Below are positions 28,305 to 41,095 of a stretch of DNA of 64,000 nt, one piece after another (position 1 is the stretch's first letter; the number at the start of each line of letters is the position of its first letter). This DNA is from Octopus vulgaris (taxonomy: Eukaryota): positions 153,140,001-153,204,000 of the forward strand of contig OX597816.1 of NCBI GenBank assembly GCA_951406725.2, in the 5' to 3' direction. The notes beneath the pieces are model-generated. The model was not told the origin of the DNA. It saw only the letters and a program-made list of their open reading frames with translations, and made no database searches. A program made the translations under genes and the position numbers.

Positions 28305-29378
28305 TCTGTCCGTTAGAAATGCAACGAAAGAGCTTTGATAAAAAATCGGATGTTTAATGAGTGGAATTGAAGCAGTGTGTGTGTTTCAATAGACTCTCCC
28401 TACACTCTACAAAAAATATATATGTACTTGCACACCTACGCATGCAAACGCATACGCATATTTGCACTAGCCACAACGTCACTTTTGCAATGACTTCTAC
28501 TAAGGGTTGTTATGTCTTTGGTTTAAAGTAAGTTCTCAAACCAGAAGAACCTAAGCTTTTAACGATGATACCAGACCAACCAACCAACCAACCAACCAGC
28601 CATTCAACGATACACATACGGAAGACCAGCTGCTACAAACTGAATCATAGACTAACTTCAAGTCACAAAGCAACAACAAAACTGGTTAATAATTAAGGCG
28701 GTGTTACAGCTTGGCCGCAGTCCTTCGAGTGAAACCACTAAAAGAATAAATATTTAAAAAATGAGTTAGCATGAATATTTCTTTATTTGAATAAATAAAA
28801 TTTATTGTGTAAAAATTTGTCACGTGAAAAATTCACCCGACCCTCTAGAACTTTTGTATCGCTCATCTTTAGTCACGTCAAAACTTCACTAGATCTTTTC
28901 TCGCCTTTTCGTTGGAATCCCCAGGTTTTCGTTATTCTGGATTTGTTTTAATTTTCTTTTCAAGATATCGTTTTCCCTCATTTCCGGTCTTGTTTCACTA
29001 TCTCTCTATCTTGATATCGATCTGCATAACTTTTGTAATGACGGTTTAATGAAAATAAATGCAACTTTTACCATTCACGAGCTCTAAAATTGACTTTTAA
29101 ACACCGTTTGAAAGATGAATTAAGATATAAATGAATAATTTTTTTCTCCTTGGGGAATGGACTCAAATTGAAAAAACTGGCAATCATGTCATGTTTCATG
29201 GATTTCGACTGAAGGTAAAGGATATGATCGACATCAAAATTGTACTCTGAAGTGTTTTATCCCTGATCAACGTAAAGAGAACTTCATTGACAAAGCATAA
29301 GTAAATGTTAAAGGAATTCCAAAATGGTAATTATTTCTTCTCACTGATTGTCATCTAATATCTAAATAGGTGAAACCT

Positions 29379-29700
29379 AATGTGTAACCTCTCGAAAGAG
29401 CTGTTCTTCACTCCTACTCCAGAGCGTGGGCTGCGGGGTCACTCCGAAAAGCTCTATCTACGACGATTTCATCTCAATCGAAGGAGAGAGGCTTTCTCCG
29501 TCCGGGTTGCGGATCCGTGGATTAAGCTGCCGGACGAGATAGTGAAGATGCCGACGACCGCTCGGTTTAAAGTCTCTCTTGACCAGAAATGGCCTGAACT
29601 CTTTGGTTGACCACTCTCCCTGTACATAACTCCCTGTCCCCCTTCATGGCCTTGCTTTTGCTTTTTGAGCCAATAAAAATTGAATTGAATTGAATTGAAT
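29379..29700 (+). mobile_element. CR1-like LINE 3' end, severely 5'-truncated
   Basis: LRGHSEKL...RREAFSVRVADPWIKLP...FKVSLD C-terminus, AATAAA, (AATTG)n tail. Confidence 0.85.
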
Positions 29701-29819
29701 AATTCTCCAGCTAGTTTTATATAGTTATCCTTTATGCTCGAATTTTGCTAGTTGTAAGAACTATATGTGTCATATAGGATGGTCTGAATTTGAGCTGCAA
29801 ACCTGCGGACAAAATCAAC

Positions 29820-30318
29820 GGCGAAATTCTGCTTTATGCACGGCATATAACCCCTCATAACTTTTTTATATTTTGGAATTCTCAGAAACTTTTTGTGAAT
29901 TCGTGTTCTATAAACGGGAATTCATTGGGCTAAGAAAAAATTTTTTTTCAATTTTTCGAATTCTAAAGAAGTTTTGTTTTTAATTTTCGAATTTTTGATT
30001 TTAAATCACAATTTGAAATACGGACAGTGCAAATTTATGGCTTAAATCTTAGAAATAGACCATTGAATGTATTTAAAGGGAGAAAGATATTAAAAAACAT
30101 CAGTACTTCAGTGACAAACAAACCAGAACGGTATTAGGTGGTCGTGAGATATGCTAAAAATAACAGCGAAAACCCTTAAATCACACGAAAAATTCTTTTG
30201 CTTGATTTTTGCATAGTCATATGAATTCCCGTGTGTAGAACACAGATTCGAAAAAAATTTTCTGAAAATTCCAAAAAAATGAAAGAAAGTTATGCCGTGC
30301 GTAAAGCAGAATTCCGCC
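29820..30318. mobile_element. MITE with ~115-bp TIRs, probably Merlin/IS1016 superfamily
   Basis: GGCGAAATTCTGCTTTATGCACGGCAT / ATGCCGTGCGTAAAGCAGAATTCCGCC; 8-bp TSD AAATCAAC/AAATCAGC (7 of 8). Confidence 0.8.
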
Positions 30319-30873
30319 AAATCAGCATTACAACATTCCAGGGGTTACCCTGATTCCAAATAAATGTTATTTGTAGTGATAGACTTCCCTGGGATGCGGT
30401 CACATGCATATAGAAATTTGCATTTATTATTAATGCTATTTCTTTATATGATAAAGGGACTGAACGTATTTACAACCGTTTATGTAGTGCTTTTGCATTT
30501 TCTTGTATAATTCATTATCGACCCTCTTTACGACTACTTTTGAAATTCTCCATAGGCGCAGGCATGGCTGTGCGGTAGAGACATTTATCATTTTACATCC
30601 TGATCTTGATTGGCGTAAAATGGTAAATGTCTTTAAATGAAAGCATCGAAACAGACTCACGAAGCATACGCATGTAATGGAGGCAAACTCAAGATTCATT
30701 GATTTTATAAATAATCTTTAATGATAATCTGTGACTATGAAAATGTCCTCACAAATGAACGTGTGGGATGCAGAAGCATACGTTGCGATACATTAATGAA
30801 GTCATTTTCATTATTATATATAAATCGTCAGTAGTCGATTAATCAAATGCATTAGAGCAGTAATGTATTTTTT

Positions 30874-31051
30874 TAGGAAGTTAAAAGTTATGGCCTGTCA
30901 TGGAGTGACCATTGTTTTCGCATCTATAAAGCGCTTAGCAGTATAGGTGATTCGCTAGACTCAAAACTGACGAGCCGCCTATGCTGCTAGACGCTTTATA
31001 GGTGCGAAACCAATGGTCACTCTATAACCGGCCATAATTTTTAACTTCCTA
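30874..31051. mobile_element. Palindromic fold-back element made of two inverted hammerhead-bearing arms
   Basis: Arms of about 85 bp meeting near 30963. Plus arm CTGACGA-stem II-GAAA-CCAATGG-TC-ACTC; minus arm GAGT-CTAGCGA...GAAA-ACAATGG-TC-ACTC; followed by (TA)n. Confidence 0.85.
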
Positions 31052-31057
31052 GTATAC

Positions 31058-31090
<33 letters not shown>

Positions 31091-31093
<3 letters not shown>

Positions 31094-31570
31094 GAGTGAG
31101 TGGACAAAGCAAAGAAGGACACTCAACCAATTTATTGGGAGTTACATGTATGGATCAAAACAGTTTGATTCAAATTCGTTGGTACTCTTGAGTTTCAAGC
31201 GTGGTGCTAGTCGTCAAACATTTTGAATTTGAATGACAGTAGTTGATTATTATTACCGTAAGGTGGACTGCGATTGGTCGAGGAAGGTCACACAGAGTCC
31301 TGGTTTGATGTTGGTTTATGGGTAACAATTATTTGGAAAATACCGCATGGCGAACAGCAAATTGACCACGTGGAGGACAGGAAATAGAGAACGTGGCGAT
31401 TAGAAATCGGTCAGGTTGTTGAGAGGAAGTATAAAGGGGCGGCATGTGCAAGTATATAGTCCTATATGTGGGTGTGCAGGCGCGCTCATATAGTTTTGCG
31501 TGCATGTGTATATCATGTGTATATTGATGCGATTGTGCGCATCTGCATATGGGCGCGAAACGCATCTCTG

Positions 31571-31606
<36 letters not shown>

Positions 31607-32267
31607 TACACACACGCGCGCGTTTCGACGGATACCCACGCGCGCAAACGTACACACATACACTCATATACGCACACATGTACACACATACATGCATACG
31701 CACACACATGCGTATTCATTTATATGTACATATGTATATTCGCATGCATGTACGCATGCATACCAGTGTGCGCGCACACACGCATGCGCGTGTACATATG
31801 CACTCGCGCGCGCGTGAGGACACGCGCAAAAGAAGCGTTGGGTATTGGTAAGCGTTGGGAATTGGTATGTGTTGTGGGTTGGTAAACGTTGGGGATTGGT
31901 AAATGACGGTTCTGCTATGGGGTTTGTTGTTAGCAGTGACCTTGGTGTAGGCGGTGCAAGGTGCAGGTGGTGTTAAGGTGGTATATCCGGATTGTCCGCA
32001 GTCAGAGGCCTGAAATTTGCCAAAAGGGCATACATTTGGTGACAGCAATACAATAAATCGTATACTGCGGGTTGTTGGAGGATATGCAGTTTTTCGCGGA
32101 GGCATGGCTAGCAGTTGGGGGCGCTGGGTGAATATGGTGGCGCTCTGTCGGCAATAGTCCACTTGATGCTGAGTATTCTGTCATTCAAATTCAAAATGAC
32201 TGACGGTTAGCATCACGCTTGAAGCTCAAACGTACCAACGAATTTGAATCAAACTATTTTGATCCAT

Positions 32268-32270
<3 letters not shown>
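31091..32270. mobile_element. Copy 2 of the 8499-9455 element with rearranged, inverted termini
   Basis: 31147-31239 and 32178-32270 are inverted repeats; 31091-31146 is the reverse complement of copy 1's right end (9399-9455). Confidence 0.85.
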
Positions 32271-32345
<75 letters not shown>

Positions 32346-32391
32346 TGGCAAAGGCCGGGCAGAAGGGTAACACAGGAGAGCTAGGGAGAAG

Positions 32392-32464
<73 letters not shown>

Positions 32465-32471
<7 letters not shown>

Positions 32472-32690
32472 CAATGCATATATTTGTGTCTGTGTTTGTC
32501 CCCACTCCATCCTTGACAACCGATGATGGTGTGTTTACGCCGCCGTAACTTACCATTTCGGCAAAAGAAACCGGTACAATAAGTACTAGGCTAACAAAGA
32601 ATAAGTCTTAGGGTCGATTTGCTCGACTAAAGGCGGTGCTCCAGCATGGCCACAGTCAAATGACTGAAATAAGTGAAAGAATAAAAGAAT
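32465..32690 (+). mobile_element. SINE family B, 3' half
   Basis: Reverse complement of 44975-45200 (AAGGCGGTGCTCCAGCATGGCCACAGTCAAATGACTGAAA). Confidence 0.85.
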
Positions 32691-33073
32691 ATATATGTAT
32701 GTACGTATTTCATCTTAAAGCTTGTTGCCCACCTCCTTATTTTTCTTTTACATTTTTCAACGTTATCTTCTTCCTGTCTCTATTGCCTCCACAGTTGTTA
32801 CACATTCTATCTCTTTCCACTTGTCCGTTACATCTTCCCCCTTCTCGCCCTTCCAAAAAAGAAAAAAAAAGAAAGAAAGAAAAAGAAAAGAAAAGGAAGA
32901 AAACTCCACTCTTTTCCTCGTCCCATATCCTGCTTTCGTTCTGTCAGCCTGTAATCTCTCTGCTTCCCGTTTTTTTTTTCTCTATTGCCCAAACACTCAT
33001 CACTAATTTGTACTATGTGTTACTTCTCTGCGATCAGTTGTCTTAAATACATCCGTCATTCAGTTGAAAAATT

Positions 33074-33375
33074 ATACATACATACATACATACATACATA
33101 CATACATACATACATACATACATGCATGCATGCATGCATGCATACATACATACATACATACATACATACATACACGCATACATACATGCATACATACATG
33201 CATGCATACATACATACATACATACATACATACATACATACATACATGCATGCATACATACATACATGCATGCATACATACATACATACATGCATACATA
33301 CATACATACATACATACATAACTGTATGTATATGTATATGTATATTCATGTGTGTGTGTATGTGTGTGTGTGTAT
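33074..33375. repeat. (TACA/TGCA)n and (TG)n microsatellite
   Basis: Directly visible. Confidence 0.95.
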
Positions 33376-34130
33376 GAGCGCTTGTAAGTGTGCATCTTAT
33401 AGATGCATGTGTATATATTTGTGTGTCTATATATGTGCGTATCCTGATAAATAAAGTCACCTGTTTTTCTTTGCTCTTTGTTGGAAAATTGAGTTGCACA
33501 TCTTTCTTATCCGATATTCTTTTTCCTTTAATCAACATAATTTATACTGATTGATATGATTATGATAGGCCACGTTGGAATTGAATCCGTATATTGCAAT
33601 ATCACTTTGATTCTCCTCCTCAAAAGACGAGATATTTCATCAAATTTTATTCATATCTACGTTCATTTATATACAAACAAGCATACATGTATAGCATATA
33701 CCCACATATATTATACGAGCAGACACGCATATATTATTACTACAGTTGCGAAGGGACAAATAATAAGTATTTAATAATGAAAGAACTCTCTAATGTTATA
33801 GAGTAAAATATATTTTTTATATAGATGCTGACTGTGGCTTCACCCTCTCTCGTGGGTTATTGAATCAGTGAGCAAAATACAGAGTTTTAGATAGTTTTAG
33901 ATAGTTATGCATGAAAAATGATATGGAGACAGTCGGAGTTTCAAATGACTGAAATAATTTTCGCCGGCTATTAGATAGTAGTAGCAAATAAAATTTTAAA
34001 TTGTGGAGTTTAAAAAACCTCCAATTTATGTAACAGAGAAATGAAATTTCTTTTTCATAAAAAGAAAACTATATATAGAAAACTATATAGATAGATACAC
34101 AAACTATATCGTACGTAAAACGTAGTGTTT

Positions 34131-34298
34131 TATTTACATTATGTACAGTTGGCGGATATTTGTCCTCGTCTTGTGTTAACAACGTTTCGGCTGATATACC
34201 CTTCAGCCTTCATCAGGTGTCTTGGGGAAATTTTGAACCTGGGTTAACAACAAACAAGATGAAGACAAATATCCGTCAACTGTAAATAATGTACATAA
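34131..34298 (-). mobile_element. Small fold-back element with ~50-bp inverted arms enclosing one minimal hammerhead (34179-34220)
   Basis: Minus strand ACAC-CTGATGA-A-GGCTGA..TCAGCC-GAAA-CG-TT-GT; arms TACAGTTGGCGGATATTTGTC / GACAAATATCCGTCAACTGTA. Confidence 0.8.
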
Positions 34299-34399
34299 TT
34301 CCTCATCTCTTAAATATAGAACAGTAAAAGGTAGTGTTGTTTGAGAAATGACTCATATTCATATCTGAAGCTTTAAAGCAACTGAAAACTGAACTTAAT

Positions 34400-35870
34400 A
34401 GTCAAAATATATGTACTTGTTTGAGTCTGTTAATTACTATTTAAATGTGTGTGTAGTTAAGGGCAGAAAGGGCCCATATAATTCTTAACAAATTGATTTC
34501 ACAATTCCTACAGTTAGTAGAAATTTGCAAATATTTATACCGTAAATACTAGGATACATAAAATAAACAAAGCGGAACAGAATAAATCAAAAGTTAAAAA
34601 ACTATAAGATTAACAATGCTCAATATTGCTTATTCCATTGCCATGATAGTTTAAGTGCACAACCTACTCTTTTGAGCTCTTTTGAAAACAGAAGAGACTG
34701 TTGAAAATGTGTTAATTTTTGTTGCTATTTTATAGTTAGTTCACGCAGAATCAATGCCATAGATATTCGGACAGATTTTAAGTACATTCTCACAAAATTT
34801 AGACGGAATGTACTTTGCCTTGATCTATCTATTCATCATTACCCACGCTGTGTAGTGAAATTTTGATTTTCTATATTGGTTTATTTTACAATACTGTCAA
34901 TAACGCGTAATATTTCTGCCTCCAGCTTTCTGAAACTAGATAAGCCACATAATGTAAAACAAGCAAATCTAGTTATTTAATGTTTAAATGATTCTTTTAC
35001 AAATATGGTACATTTGTCTTTTTTTTTTTAACCAACAATCTAGAATCAAAGGGAAATAGTGATGATTGTTGTCGGTAAAAATCAGCTCAGAAGAGTTCTG
35101 AACTATCAGAACTCACCTCTTACGAACTCAGTTTATATGAATTTAGCTTTTAATTTGACATAGTTTAATCACGTACAAAATTTCTTTGTGAATGAATCAC
35201 AGGTAGTTTAATTTCTACTAGACTCGCACTGATTACTGTAAATTCAAGCGGATAAACTGTGGGTGTCAATCACTGCTAGAAAATTTAAATTGTGAAAGTC
35301 ATGAATATAGTAGAAGGCCTCGGGTGAAGCCTTGTGTAACACAGCGCACTGCCTCATTTTTGAAACGCTTCAATTCTATTAGAGACGTATTGTTATAGTT
35401 TAAGAAAGATTTTGTGTCAGACCAGTAAACTAACGAATAACGTATTAAAATATAACACGCACAAAAAAAGAAAAATGCGATGGTTTAGAGTCTGAAAAGA
35501 CTTTGATGTGTCACAGTGTTAAAAGCTACCATTCAAATCAACGAGCATCCCATTCACTGTGTTCTATATCTAGCTTTAATAGTTAGTCAGTCAAAAGAAA
35601 TATATTTTACTATAAATTACACTGAAGCACCTGACTACTAAAATATGCGGTCCTAATACAAAAGTATTTTAATAATGAAATAACTTTTTTCTTTAGTTGG
35701 AATACAGTCTTTTAAATGTATTTGACTGATATTTTATAGTAGAAAGAGAAAAGACAAGTCAGTGAAAGAAGCGCACATATTCAGTTTGTGATTATTTTTA
35801 TTTTAGAGGACTACTTTAGCTGGTTTATATAATTCAAAGAAAGAAGAGTAGTTTCAAAAAACTTCAGTGG
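34400..35870 (-). pseudogene. Ancient CR1/L2-type RT remnant
   Basis: AFNTVTHQSL (about 35500-35526) and CVTQGFTRGLLLY (about 35305-35343) match AFDTVDH and GVPQGSxLGPLLF in the expected order. Confidence 0.55.
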
Positions 35871-36344
35871 TGTATAGTACGTTAAAAACACACATGCGCA
35901 CACACACATACACATATACAAACACAAACAAATGAAAAAGAAGAGCGAGAAGGTATGTTTGTAGTCATTGAAAGTTTATGGGCAGGCGAGTATTTCTGAA
36001 ACACAAATGCCATCTATGAAAGCGAAAAAGTATTGCACAAATTCATCAGACCTTTTTAAGAGACAATTATAGATATCAAGAACAATTCAACATCTTTGAC
36101 TTTCAATGAATCACGCGTTTCCATATGTGAATGAATGCTATTATATGTCTGTCTGTCTGCTTGTCGGTTTGTCTGTGTGTCTGTATGTGTGTACGTATAA
36201 ATATATACGTGTGATTTTCGTTAAGTATCGTACACAAAGAAACATTAACTGAATAACAACTCATTTAAGTAGAGTATCAAATGCCTTTTACAAGGCAAAG
36301 GTTGACAGTTGCTGTATGTCTGTCTCTGTCTCATATATATATAT

Positions 36345-36575
36345 ATTTCTTTACTACCTACAAGGGGCTAAACATAGATGGAACAAACAAGGACAGACAA
36401 AGGGATTAAGTCGATTACATCGACCCCAGTGCGAAACTGGTACTTTATTTATCGACCCCGAAAGGATGAAAGGCAAAATCGGACCTCGGCAGAATTTGAA
36501 CTCAGAACGTAACGACAGACGAAATACTGCTAAGCATTTCGCCCGGCGTGCTAACGTCTCTGCCAGCTCACAGCC
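36345..36575 (-). mobile_element. SINE family A monomer with (TA)n tail
   Basis: Full head, B box, core and type-A tail. Confidence 0.9.
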
Positions 36576-36578
36576 TTC

Positions 36579-36637
<59 letters not shown>

Positions 36638-36647
36638 TGCATCAACA

Positions 36648-36691
<44 letters not shown>

Positions 36692-36747
36692 TGAATGTAT
36701 GTATGTATATATATTTATATATATTTATATATATATATGTATATATA

Positions 36748-36804
<57 letters not shown>

Positions 36805-36806
<2 letters not shown>

Positions 36807-37047
36807 CAAAATCCACCAAACAATGACTGTGTGTCACTGTGGGTTTAAAGCACGAAGAAAAGCTGGGTTAGCTGTCCACTCGAGAAGACATTTTGAACCA
36901 ACGAATACATGCAGGTGTACCATTTGCGAGAAAGTGTGCATGACATCTGCTGGATTGAAGGTACACATGCGGTGTCACAAGGCTTAGGAATTGTTGAAGG
37001 TTATTTACTGAACCCTCATTCATCGTCTTCGATGAGAGAATGCACCA
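36805..37047 (+). mobile_element. RTE-type LINE extreme 3' end encoding two C2H2 fingers, inserted in (TA)n
   Basis: [20 protein letters not shown] and [21 protein letters not shown], short 3' UTR with CATCGTCTTCGATG hairpin, then microsatellite tail. Confidence 0.7.
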
Positions 37048-37070
37048 TATATATACATACATACATACAT

Positions 37071-37154
<84 letters not shown>

Positions 37155-37429
37155 GTGTGTTATTTTGTCGATGCCTAGAGCTTCGTCGAGAACGTCGTCA
37201 CTGTTCCCAGCGCTTAATTCTCGATAGTTAGCAAGAGCGAAAGCGCTTGACGACATTCTAAATATCAAGTCTTCGTTTGACCCAACGCTGCAACCTCATC
37301 AAAGAGACTAACCCGTAGAATAAGAAAGGTCACACGAACAGTTGCTACACCCACTCATCGTCCAGGAATTTCTGTTGGTAGCAAAACCCGTGAACATGTC
37401 TGAGTTTCAGTAGCCACAACATCTCTATC

Positions 37430-39470
37430 CCACTAGAAACCGAAGAGTAGACGCTCCATTCTGATCAGTCAGTAATGGGGCAAGGCATACTGGTCAAGAA
37501 GTAAACGGTGGTGATGTAGACAGTTACTGCCTTTGCTCAACCTTTTAGAGATCGCTCCTTTCCTACCCATTTTTGGGTGAAAGTAGACACCCTGTTCATT
37601 ACTATATCTCAATTAAAGCCTGCTTGGAGGTCGTTAGCAAACTAGACCCTGAGTACATTAGTAGATCCATCATCTAGATAGACTTGCCTTTCCGGGTGTA
37701 GAGCTTCAAAACTACCGACTTGTTCGGGTTTAATTTGGTGCCTGCCACCATTTCATATTCATTTATAATAGTTTTTGATCGCCTTCACTTTGGTGTTATT
37801 CGACACCAATAATGATAACGACATTCGCATACGCCAAAACTGCCATCCCAGGTCTCAATTTTAAAGGAGTGCTCTCAAACGTTCAAACTCTCAAAGTAGT
37901 GTCTTGAGATCCAGAATATGCAAAAGATATGAGAGGTAGCCGTTTGCTTTCATCACCGAGTGATTGCAGTGATCCAGCTCCTGAAAACTTGAGACCGCTC
38001 CCAGGAGAACTTCAACAGTAGCCAACTCTGAAACTTTTGGTTGCTGCAAATTTATCGGGAACCCACAGAAGGGGTCTGTGATGTAACGCATGTGGTGGAG
38101 TTTGTTATGGATGGCCCTATTTGGGATCGAACACATTCGCGCTTCCTCGAGTAGACCACCGATCTTCTGTGCTAATGCCTCGGCCAAAAACTTAATGTAT
38201 TTGTCTCTGTCAATTTGTCCTCTCGTGTTTCAGCTATAGCTTTTTCAAGACAGCATTTGTGTTTCACGTTGAAGAAATGAACGAGAGCTATTCACAATGC
38301 TAATACGTTGATTGCGATAGCTTTACTATTGGGTTGGTGCATAGTTATTGCAGCTTTTGTTTTTTCAACAAATTTTATTCAACAAAAACAATAACAACAT
38401 GTAGCAAAAACATCTTTAAATGATTATTCCGGAGCATATTCACGATCTACTTCAATTACTGCTTCCCATTTGCATGGCAGACGATCAGACCGTCATTAAA
38501 AGATATTTTTGTTAAATATTGTTATTGTTTTTATTGAATAAAATTTGCTGAAAAAAAGCCGCAATAATTATGCACCAACCCAATAGTTGCCTCAGTGGAT
38601 TGCTAACTAGCTTCTCCCTGCAATCTATTTTTTTCTACAGCTAGCTATTTACCAGACATTACTGGTTCCCTGTAGTATCTGCGTGCCAGTAAAAACTCAT
38701 TCAGAATCTAGTAACCGGATCCGTACCTATAAATCCTATCTAAGTTGACCGAGGAAGTCACAAATTTGTAGTGTGTGTAGCTGACAAGTTTAAACTGTGG
38801 GTATCCAACACTTCTAACAAACCTAACAAATTACCTAGATACAGTCTGGATGACCCACTGTGGTTACTCCATATCCAAACTGACACATCCAGGAAGTCCA
38901 ATCAGTATCTATCAAAGAGTTGAAAACATCTGAACATATGTTCGTGACATGCACAAGTCCCACTCAATCCCACTGTGTATTTTGAATGCAATTTCAACCC
39001 TACTAGTACCAGAGATCGGAAGATCCGTAGGAAATCTTTCAGATTTCTGAAGAAATCGAGCCGTTCTGACCTTGTCTAGATACTACTAGTCTCACGGCAT
39101 CTCTTTCGCTGTTGTTCTCGTCCAATATCATTGACTTACTGTCCAGAGCCAAGAATGTTGTCCACAGCTCAAGATAAAGTATATCTGGAATTACTCTACC
39201 AACTCACCACCCGATCTCCATAGGCCATCAAAAATTGGTTCGCATGCGTGCGCTCTAGATAATTCATCTGCTCAAGCTGATGGTTACCATATTTATGTCT
39301 AATGACCCGAGATCATTGAGCAAGTGACCAAGCTTCCAAGCTGACCCAGATCACCTACATTTATGCCTGCTAGTCTTTGTACAGCTGATGTCTGCTGAGG
39401 AAAAACAAATGAAGAGATCACTCACCTGGTCCTTGAGAAGTCTTGTAGATCTGGTTCTCTCGTCTGTTAA
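37430..39470 (-). pseudogene. Decayed Tx1/L1-clade LINE, interrupted by a MITE
   Basis: LAEALAQKIGGLLEEARMCSIPNRAIHNKLHHMRYI; YANVVII (like YADDVT) near 37815-37835; similar to 54080-55697. Confidence 0.7.
38329..38583. mobile_element. Mariner-derived MITE
   Basis: TA-flanked TTGGGTTGGTGCATA..TATGCACCAACCCAA; ~95-bp inverted arms; internal DRLPCKWEAVIEVDREYAPE* (mariner C-terminus) on the minus strand. Confidence 0.9.
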
Positions 39471-39744
39471 GAGGGAAATTTCAAAAGGCCTTTCAAAAAC
39501 ATTTTTATTGTGATTTTTTTAAAGAGCTCTTATGCCAAAAGGAAGTGATCTCTTTATCTCTTTATGTATGTCAGTCTGTTTGCAGCAACAGCCTATCTTT
39601 GAGAGTTTGGGGGAGAAGTCTTCCTATTGGTGATTATTTTTCTGCGTTTTATCACCTTGTCCATCAATATGATATCATTCTTTCTCCATACATACATACA
39701 TGCATACATACATACATACATACATACATACATACATACATACA

Positions 39745-39843
<99 letters not shown>

Positions 39844-39849
39844 GTATAT

Positions 39850-41095
39850 GAAAGACGGAAGATGAAAGATGTAAGAATTTTTATTAATCATGACAATTGT
39901 TTCAACACATCTAACATCGATCCCTCACGGGTGGGATACTTAACGACTGGTTCAGGGGCATCCGACGGTGCAGATGTGTCTCTTCGGGTGATAAATAGCT
40001 ATAACTCGTTAAAATAGCACTTCCGCAATGTATCTTCTCATTTCGCGTAAAGCAAAGCAGGAAATTAAAGGATATAGCTTCATTTATATAGAAGATCAAT
40101 AACAGAATAACAAATGCAAAAAAGAAACGAACACGCAATACAGCGAGAAAAGTGTTTAATATAACCGTTAACAGATATGGATATATAAACGTTCTCGCGT
40201 AAGTTGTATGGTGCATATACGCTCTCTCATACAGGCATCCACGAAGATGTAATCACGCGCACACGTGTGGTTCGGTGCATATACGTCCACATACAGAGTT
40301 AAATAGCTACTTGGTATTTATAAGAATGGAGAGGTTAAAGCTAAACTTAATTCATTCATACTTTAAAGTAAAGTATGTGGACAGTTACTCAAATTCATTC
40401 TCACTGCATTATGCAAAAGTACACTTGTATGCATGTAGGCATCTTGAGAGTCTTTCAGAAATTCTATTAATGATATTTTCGTTGGTCCACAGAATATACA
40501 GGGATCCCTCGGAGCAAAGTCGGCATCTGCTGGAAATGATATTATATGGTTTTGCGTTCCTTACTATGGACCAAGTTATGTTATACTTTATTTTATCTTC
40601 CTTCAGTCATCATACAAATACATCGAAAAATGTTGAATGTCTCTTATTGATTTTCTTGAAGCTGGCGACATGGTTGCAATAACGATTCTTGAATGAATCA
40701 GCTGTTTGCCCAATATAAATATACAGTATACTCCTTGAGTACACGGTACATTTATATAGAAGATTTGTACTCATATGGGGGTTCATGAATGGGCATTTTG
40801 ATTTTTCTCTGCATGAGCATTTATTATATTTATTTGTATATACGGCAGTTCTGACTTCATTTTCCGAAGTTGTTGGTGTGTTAGCTATATCATAGTCATT
40901 TCTACTATCACAATTTGGCCGTATTTGGTGCCTTTCATTGTGGTTGAAATTTCCTTCGTTGGTACTTAGATGCGTATGCTTGCTAGATCCAGTACGTGGG
41001 TTACTGAACTGTTGTTGCATTTTACTATTGTTTATGCGGTGCATTTGCTGCTCTAAATTAGTAGAGTTAGCATAGGTTACCTTTACAGTGTGCCG

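Noticed and set aside
28800-29240. Possible non-autonomous DNA element or Helentron
   Set aside because: No termini, TSD or second copy could be identified.
30790-30836. Minus-strand CTGACGA…GAAAATGACTTCATTA
   Set aside because: Stem II is weak and A/T-only and stem I does not pair; compatible with chance.
36316-36987. 223-aa ORF ending in C2H2 fingers as a host ZNF gene
   Set aside because: It is a chance read-through of antisense SINE, microsatellite and a LINE 3' end.
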